A program made the position numbers and the translations under genes. The notes under the pieces were generated by a model, which saw nothing but the letters and a program-made list of their open reading frames with translations, did no database searches and was not told the DNA's origin. Below are positions 26,321-39,444 of a stretch of 64,000 nt of DNA, one piece after another (position 1 is the first letter of the stretch; every line of letters begins with the position of its first letter). Origin of the DNA: Peribolospora baueri (Eukaryota); assembly GCA_029717555.1 (NCBI GenBank), contig JAMDHS010000055.1:62001-126000 (forward strand). Direction: 5' to 3'.

Positions 26321-26330
26321 ATCACGTGAT
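26321..26330. promoter_or_regulatory. Palindromic E-box ATCACGTGAT in the GPI19/VPS13 bidirectional promoter
   Basis: Perfect palindrome between two divergent starts. Similar CACGTGA sites occur at 200-206 and 3979-3985. Confidence 0.4.
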
Positions 26331-26546
26331 GCGGACGAATTTAATGATCGGTGGTTCTGATCGGTGACGCGGCTGTAATTACATGACACCATCACGACGC
26401 CCTCCCACACTTCGACTCGGCCAGACGTGTCGCGGCTACAGCATCATCTCGCCCTCCTTCTAAGGAGCTGATTGCTTGGAGTTGAAGAAGCAAGGAGTTT
26501 TACTAACGTTCCTTATTGACGGCGGCACAAGCCTGCCTTGCCCACC

Positions 26547-29500
26547 ATGTGAGTCCTCAATGCGGGCTGAGCGTGGACGATAGGGGTGTGTGACTTAACG
26601 ATACTAACTATGTCGGGCATGTCGCCGTTCGTATCGTTTCTTTCACCCAGGCTGGAGGGCGTGCTGGCTTCGGTGAGCGCGGAAATTATATTTGGCGCAT
26701 TTCATTTGAACTAACGCTAGTCGGTACTTGTCTCTTTCATTCCGCTGCCACTATCTTTCCATTCAGGTCCTCAACCGCTTCCTCTCGGCCTACGTCGAGA
26801 ACCTGAACCTCTCCCAGCTAAATGTTGGGATCTGGTCAGGCGACGTAAAGCTACGCAACCTGCGTTTGAAGAAAGAGGCGCTGGACAAGTTTCACTTGCC
26901 CATTGATGTCGCCGAAGGATATCTTGGCGAGCTCACGCTCAGCATCCCTTGGTCCAACCTCAAAGGAAGCCCCGTGCGCGTTCTCATCGACAACGTCTAC
27001 CTACTCGCCGTACCTAAAGGGAGCAATGCGGTGAATCTGAATGGATCTGTTGGAGGTGTCGGAATGGAGGACGAAGAGTGGGACGAGGAGGAAGAGCAGA
27101 GTAGGGAGTATCGCGCCAAGATGGAGAAGCTTGAGAACGCTGAGCTGCTGGCCAGCGCCGGAAAGGGCGGGCTCAGTGCAGGTGAGTGTAATCTTGAGGG
27201 CTGTGTTGGTTTGGTTGGACATTAAAGGCTGTCTTGCTGACGTCTGTTCGCCTTGGCTTTCCGATTGCTTTTCAGAGGAGGAATCCAAGAACCAGTCCTT
27301 CATATCCTCACTCGTCACAAAAATCATCGACAACGTCCAGATTACTGTGCGGAACATTCACTTGCGATATGAGGACAGGTTGAGCAACCCTCAGGTGAGT
27401 GAACCGGGTGCTTTTGTTAATAGTTTTGCTAGATAGTCCTGATTTTCTCGCTTTTTGACCCTCTTTCATCGTGCCAGCACCCGTTCTCTGCTGGTGTAAC
27501 GCTCGCCGAGTTTTCTGCCGTCTCGACGGACGCAGATTGGAACCCTACGTTTATTACTGACACCACGGAGACGATCCATAAGGTACGTGATGCTGACTAT
27601 ACTTGACTTACGCCGATTTGCTCACTGCCCAGAGCTGAGTCGTCGTTCCTCGTCCCTCAGCTGGCAAAACTTGAGTCACTGGCAGCGTATTGGGACACCG
27701 ATTCCGTCAGCCTCTCTGGCTACTCAATAGAAGAAGCCATTACCAAGTTCACCGAGTTGGTCAGTGGACGTACACACTTGTCAGATATTGTTGGATCGAG
27801 CACTTCAGTTCGCAAGACGCTGATGAAAACTCTTGTATGTGCGCGCACAGATTGCAAGAGGTGACCATCAGCCAAATCATCAGTTCATCCTGAGGCCTGT
27901 GACTGGTGTCGGTCGAGTGAGTGGAGCGCATCTAGACCGCAGGGGTGTCCTTGCGCCATTTAGACTCACTCTCCTCTCACTGCGAAATGGTTTCCTCAGT
28001 TGCACCTTCGGCACAAGATTGATTCGATAAAACCAAAGACCGATGTGCAGCTCCTGTTCGACGAGCTCGGCTTCGTGCTCGATGACGAGCAGTACCGCGA
28101 CGCCCTTTCCGTTGTCGATCTCTTCCACTTCTACCATCGACGAAACCAATATCGGAAGTTTCGCCCGACACGCGCGGAGCTGGAGGAGAATCGACCTGCG
28201 GCAATGTTCCGCTTCGCCGCCAAGGCGATTCTCAACGAGGTGCACGAAAAGCATCGCAAATGGAGCTGGGCGTACTTCGCAGAACGCCGCGACGACCGGA
28301 AGGCGTACGTAGAGGTGTTCAAGATGAAGCTGAGGGCCAACGAGGCCCACAATCAGCAGCAGGCTGGTGTGGAACCGGTAGCGAGCGACCACGACCCCCG
28401 ACTCAAGGAGCTGGAAATGAAGTTGAGCTTCCGTGATATCCGCTTCTATCGCTCCATCGCCCGCTCAGAGCTTCGCAAAGAGCGAGCAGCGTCTCGACAG
28501 AGCAAGACGGAGGATGCGAAGGAGGACCATCAGAAGCCGACTTCGTCGGGCGGTTGGCTCGGTTGGCTGTGGGGCAGCGGCGAAACAGATGGCGGGGAGA
28601 GCCAGGGCGATGGAGCCGAACAAAGTGGCGTGCTGAGCGATCAGCAGCGCAAGGAGCTTTACGACGCCATCGAGTGGGACGAGTCCGAGGCGATCGCTCA
28701 AGCGGTCGACCTCCCGCGAGATGCGCTAAAGCTTCGCCTGGGAGCCAAGCTCAACACTGGTAGCTTTGCACTGCGCTCCCACCAGACGGATTCGGACATT
28801 CTCTCTCTTGTGTTCGACGCCCTCTCAGGCGACGCTCTCCAGCGCACAGACAACCTCGAGGCGATGGTCAGTATAGGAGGACTGAGGGTGTACGACGGCG
28901 TGACGAAGAACACCCAGCACCCACAGATCGTGAGGGTGAAGGAAGAGGAGAGCAGCGTGGGCGGTCGAGAGAACACCCCGACCGAGGGTGAGCATGACGA
29001 GCGCGCTGCCGAGGAGGTTAAAAGGGAGAGCGATCCCGAAAAACCCTTCTTCCTTGTCAAGTTCGAGAAGAACCCGCTCGATAACAGGGCTGATAGCGCG
29101 CTCACAGTGAAGGTGAGGCATCTCATACGGTTTGAGGTCCAGCTTGGCTTTCCTGCGCAAATAGGTCGTTGACCATGGACTCCTCATCGTTTTCCCGCAA
29201 CCTCGAACAGATGCGACATACCGAAGTAATTTACCACCGCGGCTACGTCGAGGCGGTAATGCGCTTTTTCAAGCCTCCCCAAAGCGAGCTCGAGCTCATC
29301 GGCGCGCTCATCGACGTCGCCAGCGAGACGCTCGATGGCATGCGAAAGGAGACTAGGGCGGGATTGGAGAACGCGCTGCAGACTCATAAGACTATCGACT
29401 TGGAGGTCGATATCAAAGCGCCTATCATCATCGCGCCGGAGGAGTGAGTGATAATCGGTGTCTTGTCACCGGCAAATATATTGAGAAAGTTGACATTGCC

Positions 29501-32500
29501 CATCCTTCGTTCTCTCAAAGTGTTACCAAGCGGCGATGTCAACACATGGTGCTGGACGCTGGGCATATCGCTGTCAAGGTGAGCAGTCCTTCTCCGCCTC
29601 TCTTGTGTGCATTGTTGAACGACGGACTATACTGCTTTTGGCTCCTCAGAGCGACTTGGTCAACCAGTCGGAGATCAATACCATACGCTCCAAGCAGAAC
29701 CAGCAGTACAGCGAAGAGGACTATAAGCAGTTGGAGTCCCTCATGTACGACAAATTCTTTGTCCAACTCAAGTCCGCCCAGCTTGTCATGGGTAACGACC
29801 TCCAATCTTGTCTTGAGGGCCTCACATCCGACTCTACAGATCACGGTTTGCACTTGATTGAGCGCATCAACGTAGACTTCTTGCTTCAAAACTGTATCCT
29901 CCCAGAAGCGCCCAACCTGACCAAGTTCAAAGTGTCCGGCCACCTCCCGCACCTCCACGTCAATTTTTCTGATCGCAAGTACAAGACGCTCATGCGTATC
30001 ATCGATGTCGCGATACCGCATGTTGATGAGGCGCCTGGCGAAGGACACATCGTGACAGAGGCCAACCTTCGCAAGGGCAAAGGCGCTTTGGACCTAAATC
30101 GGGAGCGAAGGCAGCGTATCGCCGAGCAATTGAAGGGAGAGCCCGCTCTCGCTGTTGACACTAGCGATGCCGGCTCTGATGTAGGAGACGAGCCTGAAGA
30201 AGGAGCAAAGGACGATAGCTTTGTTGAAACGGCGAGTTCGAACGCCGATGTAAGTTGATTATCCAGCGATTCAGGCCGAAAAAGAGACTAACTTAATTGC
30301 CCGTTGACGTTTCCAGAAGGCGAACCTCAATCAGAAAACCTTCGAGCTCAATTTCACCGTCGACAAACTGCAAGCCTCCATATTTAAGTCTAGCTTTGAC
30401 TTCTCCAAACCCGACCGGCTGTTGGTGGACACTCTCTTGCAAGGATTCTTTCTCGACCTGGCAGTGTATCCCTTCCGTATGGAAGTGGACGTCCGTCTAC
30501 GGAGCCTTGTCGCTGAGGACAAGATGGTCGAACAAGACGTTGCGTTTCGTCACATTATCTCCTCCGACGAGACCGAGGCTTCGCGCATGGGTTCGCCTAA
30601 TGACCTCATTCGCGTGAAGTATTCGCGCGTCCAGACCGATCATCCCGAGTATATGTCCAAGTTCGAGGGCATAGATCAGAGCGTCGACGCCGCTTTCAGC
30701 ACCATCAACGTCATCATGACTCGCGTCAGCACCCTTATGCTGTTTGATTGGATCGTGACAACGTTTGTGCCGAACAACGAACCGCTAGAGGAAGGAGGCG
30801 GGGCCGATGCCCAGGACGAAGAGTCGACACATGAAGGACCTAGTAACAAGATCCAGGTCAAGGTGAAATTAACTGGGTAAGTTCAGCATCCCGCCTTGAA
30901 TGGGGCATGCTTAAGTGGCCAAGTCGGATCTGTACTCACGCTTCTCTGTCTCTTGTCATAGGATCAATCTCAAGCTCAATAACGACGGCATTCTACTAGC
31001 TACGCTGAGCTTGAACATGGCGGATGTGGCCGTCATGGTCAACGCGGGTAGGCTGCGTGTGGGTGGTCGGCTTGGTGACCTAAGTTTGATTGACAACCTG
31101 GAGAGGGCGCCCGAGTTCACTCAGATGCTCTCCATCCAAGGCGACGAGCTGGCCGATTTCTCATACGAGACTTTCGACGTGGCTGATGACCAGACCTATC
31201 CTGGATACGACTCGTCCTTGTGGTTGCGGAGCGGTTCTCTACGCTTCACATTTGTGGAGGACGCCATCCACGACATTATTCAGTTCTTCAGCAAGTTTGC
31301 AAGGATGAAGGCCCTCTATGATGCGGCCTCGGCTGCGGCCGCCAATAGGGCCTCTGGACTTCAGGATCGGGTGGACAAGATGCACTTCGACATCCTCGTC
31401 AAGACACCCATTGTTGTGCTGCCCCGCCAGGCTGGTTCTCGAGATGTCATTGAAGCTCACCTGGGAGAACTGTTCGCCAGGAACACGTTCCCTTCCCAGA
31501 ATGAGTTGGAAATTCTCACAAAAATCGAAGCCGGTCTTCGTCAAATCAGCCTCACTTCCAAGATGCAGGTCGGCTCAGAGTCCTATTCCCTCAAGATGAT
31601 TGACGATGTCAATGTGTCGGTGGACGTGACCCAGGCAACCCACGTTGGAAACGAGGACCCTTGGAATGAGGCAGACACTCAGGTGAGTTCAATCGGAACG
31701 TATCTTTTCACAAATTCACAAAGCTAAGGCTGACATCTTCGTTCTTCTTAAAGGTCACTGCCAGTATTTCTGACATCCACATGAAGCTGACAGAGCAGCA
31801 GTATGGGCTCTTGATTGGTCTGGCCCAGTCCATACCTCAGGCTTTTGTGATTGACACCGGTGACGATGACATCCAAGAAGCTCTTACTCCCGTGCAAATG
31901 TCTACTCCGGCCACACCAGTCGAAGGCAGCGAGAGTGTGCCTTCCGTTGATCTCCTTCCGGAACTCGGCAAGGTCGGACATGAGGACGATCGAGACGTGC
32001 CTCTTCGCACGGCCCTGACTCTACAGGTCCGGGTCGGAATGGTCGATCTCGAGCTCTTCACCGCGGCAGGGTTCGCTGAACAGAATCTGAGGCAGGCGAG
32101 CCTCGCCCGTTTTTCTATCAACGAAACCGGCGTTCGGTTCAAGATGTTGTCCGATTCGGCCATGGAGGCCGACATTGGTGTCAAGTCTTTTACCCTCACA
32201 GACACTCGCCCACATGTGGCGACGAAGTTCCGCGATATCATTCCGGCGGTCGACCACGGTGGCGATCAACTATCGGTCACCTATACCATGTCCGGAGGCT
32301 CGGAGAAGTCGGCGCTTGCATTGGTGACGGTGGACAGACCCAAAGTCATCTTCTCCCTCGACCCCTTGTTTGGCCTCCTCGAGTTCGCTATTAGCCCTTT
32401 TAAGTCCGGATCGCCCCAAAATGCCACCGACGAGGACGCTCAGAGAAACGCGGACGGAGACAAGGACGTCGACGATGCTGAAGATACCGGAGCGCCTGGG

Positions 32501-35500
32501 TTCGCCTTTCGAGTTAACGTCATCGGCCCAACCATCATCCTTCTCGCCCACCCCGACCGGTCTGACTCTGAAGCCATCGTACTGTCCATCAAGCAGGTGC
32601 TTATGTCCCAGCAGGGTATCATGGCGCTCAAGGTGGACCAGCTTGGCATGTTTCTGTGCCTCATGAATAAGCCCAAAGAGACGGTCCGGCTCTTGGACAA
32701 CATGGACTTCACCATGTCGCTCGATAGTCGAGCGACGCGCGAGCAGCACATCACGAGCATCGAGGTTGATGCGGACTCGATCGTCCTTAGGGCGTCCTAT
32801 CGGGATATTCTGCTGGTGAGTCAGGATTAAGGCGTCTGTCATTTCTTTGCGCTCCTCCTTGCTTACCTTTGGACGGTTCTTGTCTTCAAATCGGCGTTCA
32901 GATAAGCTCCATAGCCAACAAGGCGATCGAACTATCGTCCAAAACGAAGGACGAGAGCAGTAACGACGTCGTCAAGCCCCCTCGAGGTAATTGTGCTTCT
33001 TCGAGAGGTCTCATGGCCCCGACCGGACGAATCCCGGCAAGGCCCACTAGAAGTTCTTGGAAAAAGAGCGCCTCCAAGAGTTCGCGAGAACAAAGTCTGC
33101 CGAACGTACGCGAAGCGTCGGCCACCGGAGGGCCACTGGCCAAAGAGGTGGTAAGCGTCGATTGCTCTTTGGTTACGTCTCCCGGTCCTTTGCGTAGTTT
33201 TCGTGCTGACCTAGATTCGGTGCTTTTAAGATGAAAGCCCATTTAGGAGGTCTTCAGGTCATATTGATCGGCGACGTGCACGGCCTGCCTCTTCTGGACG
33301 CCAGCACACACGACGTGAAAGTTGAAGTAACGGACTGGTCGAAGAACGTGAGTAGTAGAAGTTGCGCCACGCTGAACATGGATCTAAAAAAAGTTTGACG
33401 CCTTTCCGAAATTGCAGATGCGCGTCGGTATCACCGCAGACGTTTTCCTGAACTACTTCAATCTGTCTCGGTCTCATTGGGAGCCAGTCGTCGATCCGTG
33501 GAACTTCAAGATCGAGATGGAGAAGAAAGCCGTCACCGGAACGACGGCCGTCACCTTTTCCTCTAGAAAACGCCTTGAACTCAACGTTACTTCCACACTT
33601 ATCGAGACGGGCCTCACATACGCCTCGCTGTTGAACAAGGAGAGCGAGGACTTCCAGGAGCGCAGTCGAGGGGAAGTGTCTCCTTTTCTTATCCGCAATC
33701 AAACAGGCTACGACATCAGCGTGTGGTCCGAGGGTGAGGAAGCCAAGCATCGACATAATAGCGTGCGGATTGAGAACGGTGGGGAGACTCCGTGGAGATT
33801 CAACGATTGGCATTCCATGCGAGAGGTGAGAAACATTGGCGCAATGTGCCTGCGTAAACTCGTCTCTAACGCAATGTGACTCGTTTACAGCACGCAATGT
33901 CGCATACGGCGCATTCGCTTAGCTTGCACATCGACGGCATGCCTTGGGAGCGTGTCAAGCACATATCGGTCGAGCGTGAGGGCGAGTACATCTTCAGCCT
34001 GCGCCCCAAAATCGATAATATCCTTCACAAGATTCTCTGTGAGGTCCGTCTACGCAAAGACGTCAAGGTCATCACATTCCGGTCGACTCTCAGGATTGAA
34101 AACCGCACGCTTGTTCCAATCGAAGCGGCTGTCCTTGACGAAAAGGGTAAGGTAAGCACGAATGTGCACAAGATCGGTAAGTACTCCCCAATCACTGTGG
34201 CCTCCACTCACAGTGTGGCAACTAATCCTCTCCACTTGTTCCCATCTCGTTAGCGCCCGGAGAGGACTTCCCGGTCCCAATCGAAACAGCATACCACGAT
34301 CGTGTGCGGTTACGACCTGACCGTGAGTTGCATCTGCATGGCAATATCCACCTAATGATGGTCTAAATCATATTGTTAACTTCCGCTCTCAATCTTGTCA
34401 TAGCCGGCTTCGGATACCTGTGGTCGACGCAAAGTCTCCATTGGCAAGATATGCTCAAGCAACGGACTCGCTCTCTTACATGTCAGTCAGACCAAGCAAA
34501 CGAAGCACCCTTCCGTTTCCAAGCGTTTGCTATCTTCGATGCAGCCGACCCGACCACCCGGTGAGTGGGGCGGAGTTTATAACGAGCCGAGTTTTATGAG
34601 ATTAGCTTCCTCATCCATTAACATTTTTCGACAATTGTAGAGCATATCCCAAGATGACGATACGGCTTCGAGCGCCCATTGAGCTCGAGAACCTGTTGCC
34701 ATATCCAATTCGATACCGCGTGTACGACAAGAACGAAAACCGCAACTGGTCGAGCTACATTCGAACTGGTGGCGTCTCCCCAGTGCACGTCACCGATCTG
34801 TCCCACTTGGTCCTCTGCAGCGTTGAGGTTCAGGATCAGAAAGGTGAGCAGTCAAATGGATCTGTTCCAGCAATTCCTTGCGTCATTCTTCTTACCCTTT
34901 CCGCCTGCAGCCTTTGGGCCGTCCGAGTTCGCCATTGTCAACAGTCAGGACGATGACTTCCCAGTTGAGAAGACACTTAAGCTCAAGGACACAGAGGACC
35001 GCGTGCTTGAGCTTCGAATTAACTATGTGTGAGTTGCCTCTTTTCTTGGGAAGGTGAATATGCATTGAAATTCCTTTCCCTGTTGCTCTGGAATGCAGCG
35101 AATACGCCGAATCCGGAGGAGCGTTCAAGGCGCAGATCTTCTCTCCCTACGTTTTCTACAATAAGACCGGGCTGGACTTCACTCTCAAGACGAAATCATT
35201 CATGAGCAGGGCCAACCTGGCGGCTGGCCAGGAAGCTCTCGGAGGTGAGTCTTGTTCTGCTCACGCGTGGATTAAATCTCTTTCTGCGACGGGAAAAAAT
35301 CATAGGTTGCTCATTTTTCGCTTCATTTTGTAGTCCCGCAACAGCGGAAAGAACCTGTGCCATTCATGTTCTCCCACAGGAGTCGAGACCGTCGCAACCG
35401 CTTTCTGCTGCGTATTGGTGACTCAGAGTGGTCCAAGGTGAGCTTTCAATTTATCTCCTGTGAAGTGCTAGAAAGTCTCAGTTGACCCACTTGTTCCACG

Positions 35501-38500
35501 TGGCAGCCTCTGAGCTTCGAAACTGTTGGCTCGGAGACAGCGGTTATTGTTCCATCTTCCAGTAAGAACGAGGAATATCACACCGGCCTGACTGTGAACG
35601 AAGGCTTGGGCAAGGTAGGCTTGCAGTCACGTCGTCAGGGGTTGGACGGCCCTCCTGACGCGCATATTCCATGCTTGTTCTACGCAGTTTAACTTGACGA
35701 AGGTAATCAGCTTGGCTCCGCGATACATGATCAAAAACAACACATCAGAGCCTATCAATATCAGAGAATTTGGCTCGACGGATCCCTTGCAAGTCGGTGC
35801 TGGCGAGCGGAGACCCCTGCATTCTCTGCGAATTAGAGGACCCAAACAGCTCGTGATTGCGTATCCGGGCCTCAATAACAAGTGGTGAGCTCGATGATAC
35901 GACAATGTTACTGTTTAGTAGGTTTGACCTCCATTATCCTACCCCCCAATTTCTCAGGTCTGCGCCTTTCAACATGGAGGACATTGGCCAAGTGCATCTG
36001 AGACTTGCGAAGGCGGGTCATCACCAGCACCTGATTCGCGTGGACGTCCTCTTAGAAGGGCCAACTATCTTTATGACGCTGACCCGAGAGGAGGGCAGCT
36101 GGCCATTCTTGCTCCGCAACGAGAGCGACCACACGATCTTCTTCTGTCAAACAACCGACAGCTCGATGGTCGAGGATGCCGAAGACTTCGAGAGCAAGAA
36201 GTACGAGCTCAAACCACGGTCCAAGATGAAGTACGCCTGGGACTATCCAGCGATGCGGAGCAAGCTTATCCGGCTGTTCGTCAACGGGAGGAAGAGGGAC
36301 GTGGACATCATGGAGATTGGTGCTTTAAAACCCTTTTCCTTCCAGGTTGAGGGAGGCTACCGCACCGTCGCTCTCGATGTGCGAGCGGACGGCCCAACGC
36401 AAACGCTGGTCATCTCCAACTACGACGAGTCGCAGAGCGTGTTCAAGCCGCGTCGGGGTCCGTTGTCCCTCAGCCGATCCAATACGGTCAGCAGCCAGAA
36501 GACTGTAATGGACTTCGAGTCAATGGAGCAAGATACCAAACTTGTTTTCTCTTTCAACGTCGAGCTCGAAGGCGTCGGTATATCGCTCATCAACAAGCGC
36601 ATGCAGGAGCTCGCTTATATCTCTTTCCGAGGACTCGAGTTCCACTACATCGAGACAGACGTGACCATGGCATTTGACGTGATTTGCAAGTGGATTCAGG
36701 TCGACAATCAGCTCTTTGGCGGCTTGTTCCCCATCGTGATGTATCCATCGGTGCTTCCGAAGGAAGGGAAGGAGCTTGAAGGCCATCCGACATTGCAGGC
36801 GTCGCTCATCCGCTTGAAGGACGAATGTGAGTCTCGCATATTAAATGTCAAACGGCCTTGTATGCCTAGACCTTACGCAAGCCTTCATGCTCTTTCTTGT
36901 GGTCTTCAGCCCACGGGGTGACTCACATCAAGTACGCCTCCGTACTACTTCAAGAAATAACGTTCGAGCTCGACGAAGACTTCATGTTCTCGATGTACGA
37001 CTTTTCCAAAGTCGAGGGCGTGTCGTGGGAGGAGAAGACGAGCGAGTAAGTGTTGCCAGCTCGCTCGATGGCTTACTCCTCCAAGCCGTTGCTGACTTGA
37101 AATTGTCTTGCCTTGCAGCAAACTGATCGAACATCCTACCGACATCCCGGAGCCAACGAAACCTGCTGCCGGCAGCGGCGATATCTACTTTGAGATCCTC
37201 CACTTGCAGCCGATTCTCCTTCACTTATCGTTCATGCGTACGGAACGAGTCAATGCGGAAGAAAAGTAAGGAGTCGACAAGTCGTGTCTAGGGGTTATAT
37301 TTTGTTTAGCTCACTCATCGCCAATTGGGTATGCCTCTTGCCATGTCCTCTGACAGAGTCAACATGCGCAACCCGGTTCTTTTCGTCATTAACGCACTGA
37401 CAATGGCAATCGGCAACGTGAACGACGCCCAGGTCCAGGTCAACGCTCTGGTGGTGGAGAACGTCCGCCTCTCTCCGCCAGACCTGGAAGAGCGCATCCT
37501 GATCCACTTCACACAGAACTTTATCCAGCAGTTCTACCGCGTCATCGGCTCCGCGGACTTTCTGGGAAATCCTGTTGGACTGTTCAACAACGTCAGCTCT
37601 GGTGTGGCGGACATCTTCTATGAGCCATATCAGGGCCTGGTCATGCATGGGCATAAGGAGCTGGGGTCGAGCCTCGCCAGGGTATGTGAAAGGGACATTA
37701 TAATTTGTTTGAAGAAGTCTCGCCAGCTGAACAGTTTAATGGTTTTTCTACATATCCATCAATGATCACAGGGGGCGACATCGTTCGTCAAGAAGACGGT
37801 CTTCGGCCTTACGGACTCGTTCAGCAAAGTAACCGCCTCCATCGGGAAAGGTTTGGCTGCAGCGACGATGGACCGTGAATTCCAGAGCCGACGTCGGATG
37901 ACGCGCATCCGAAACCGTCCCAAGCACGCTCTGTACGGCGTCGCAGCGGGGGCGAACAGCTTTGTGACGTCCGTGGCGAGCGGATTTGAGGGGCTCGCGC
38001 TCAAGCCGATTGAGGGGGCGGAGCAGGGCGGCGCGGGCGGGTTCTTCAAGGGCGTGGGCAAAGGACTCGTGGGGTGGGTTGGCCTCCGCCGTACCGTTGA
38101 CGTTGTGTCGAATTGTATAGCTTACTTGAGACGCCTTTCTCTCTTCTTTGTCCAGAGCCGTCACCAAACCCGTGGTGGGCATGTTCGACCTCGCGAGCAA
38201 CGTGAGCGAAGGTGAGTTGCATGCGTTAGCTGTGCCGTACCGTCTCTCTGGCAAGACTTGTCGGTCATCCCGAGCTCACCGCGTCCCTTCCCCTTCCTTC
38301 CACCTGTACCGCTTCTTTTCCCCATCAAGGCATGCGCAACACAGCGGGCGAATCCAACGATCTAGACCGAGCAAGGCTACCCCGGTTCATCGCCGCCGAT
38401 GGCATCCTTCGACCTTACTCGCAACGAGAAGCACTCGGGCAGAGCTGGTTGAAGAACTTGGATAACGGAAAGTATTTGAAGGATACGTATGTCGCGCATC

Positions 38501-38983
38501 TTGGTGAGTCCTGGCGTCCCTTGGGCGCGCCAAAGACTCTGGCGTACGTCCGGGGTGAACAACACCTGACTGGTTTTCATTCGTACAGCCATGCCCGACC
38601 CGGACAAAGCCGTCCTCCTCACAACCTCTCGCATTCTCCTCATCCGCCCTGCCAAGCTGAGAACGGAGTGGGAGGTACCGCTGGCGGACCTGCAGACCAT
38701 CTCGATGGAAAGCAACGGCATCGCGCTTGTTTTGCGAGGAGGTGTAGCAGGCCCATTCCTAGCCATCGGGAATGCGCAGGAGAGGGCTTGGTTCTTTAAG
38801 CACATTGAGAGGTGAGCTGTTGGTCGCTCAGTACATTCCGACGGTGACCTCGTCTGGCGACAGGGAAACGTCTTGCTGACCGAAATATCCGTCATTACGT
38901 TGTGTTTCATTGCGGCGCGCCGTGGCGGTGGTCTTCAAAGGGTCGTGCGAGCGTACAACAGCCAGCGTCGGGCCGTCGAATGA
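26547..38983 (+). CDS. VPS13: Vacuolar protein sorting-associated protein 13, multi-exon
   Basis: Chorein-N ([21 protein letters not shown]...[12 protein letters not shown]), [56 protein letters not shown] and [12 protein letters not shown]. Ends [16 protein letters not shown]. Confidence 0.95.
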
Positions 38984-39444
38984 GCGCTCTATTTTGCCCC
39001 GACGACTCTCCTCCTTTCCCGTCGAAGAAGACGTTGTGCCAGCTGGCGCTATGCTGGTTCAAATTCTGCGCTGAGTGGGCACACCCGCCCTCCTGTCCGA
39101 TAGTCACCGTCTACCCGTCTATGTTGCTCCTCAGAATGTGCGTTCCTTCCGTTCGAGTCACATAAATAAATATTGGATCTGTACGTATGTATTCTCAGCA
39201 TTGTACATACATTCTGGTAATCACCTGTTCCTCTCTTGCCACGACCCGCGTTGGGGTTTGGATGGAAGCGGATTCCGGAGTGATCACATGGTCAATGATC
39301 CCCAAGCACGTGGTCTCGGAGTGGATCGCACCATGACCCAGCGTGATTGCGTTCAGCCGGAGGCATCTTTCCTCCCACCAACCTCCATTGCCGATCTCTC
39401 CCTTGTTCTCCATCATCTCACCCCGTCGTACCTTCGCATTCGCC

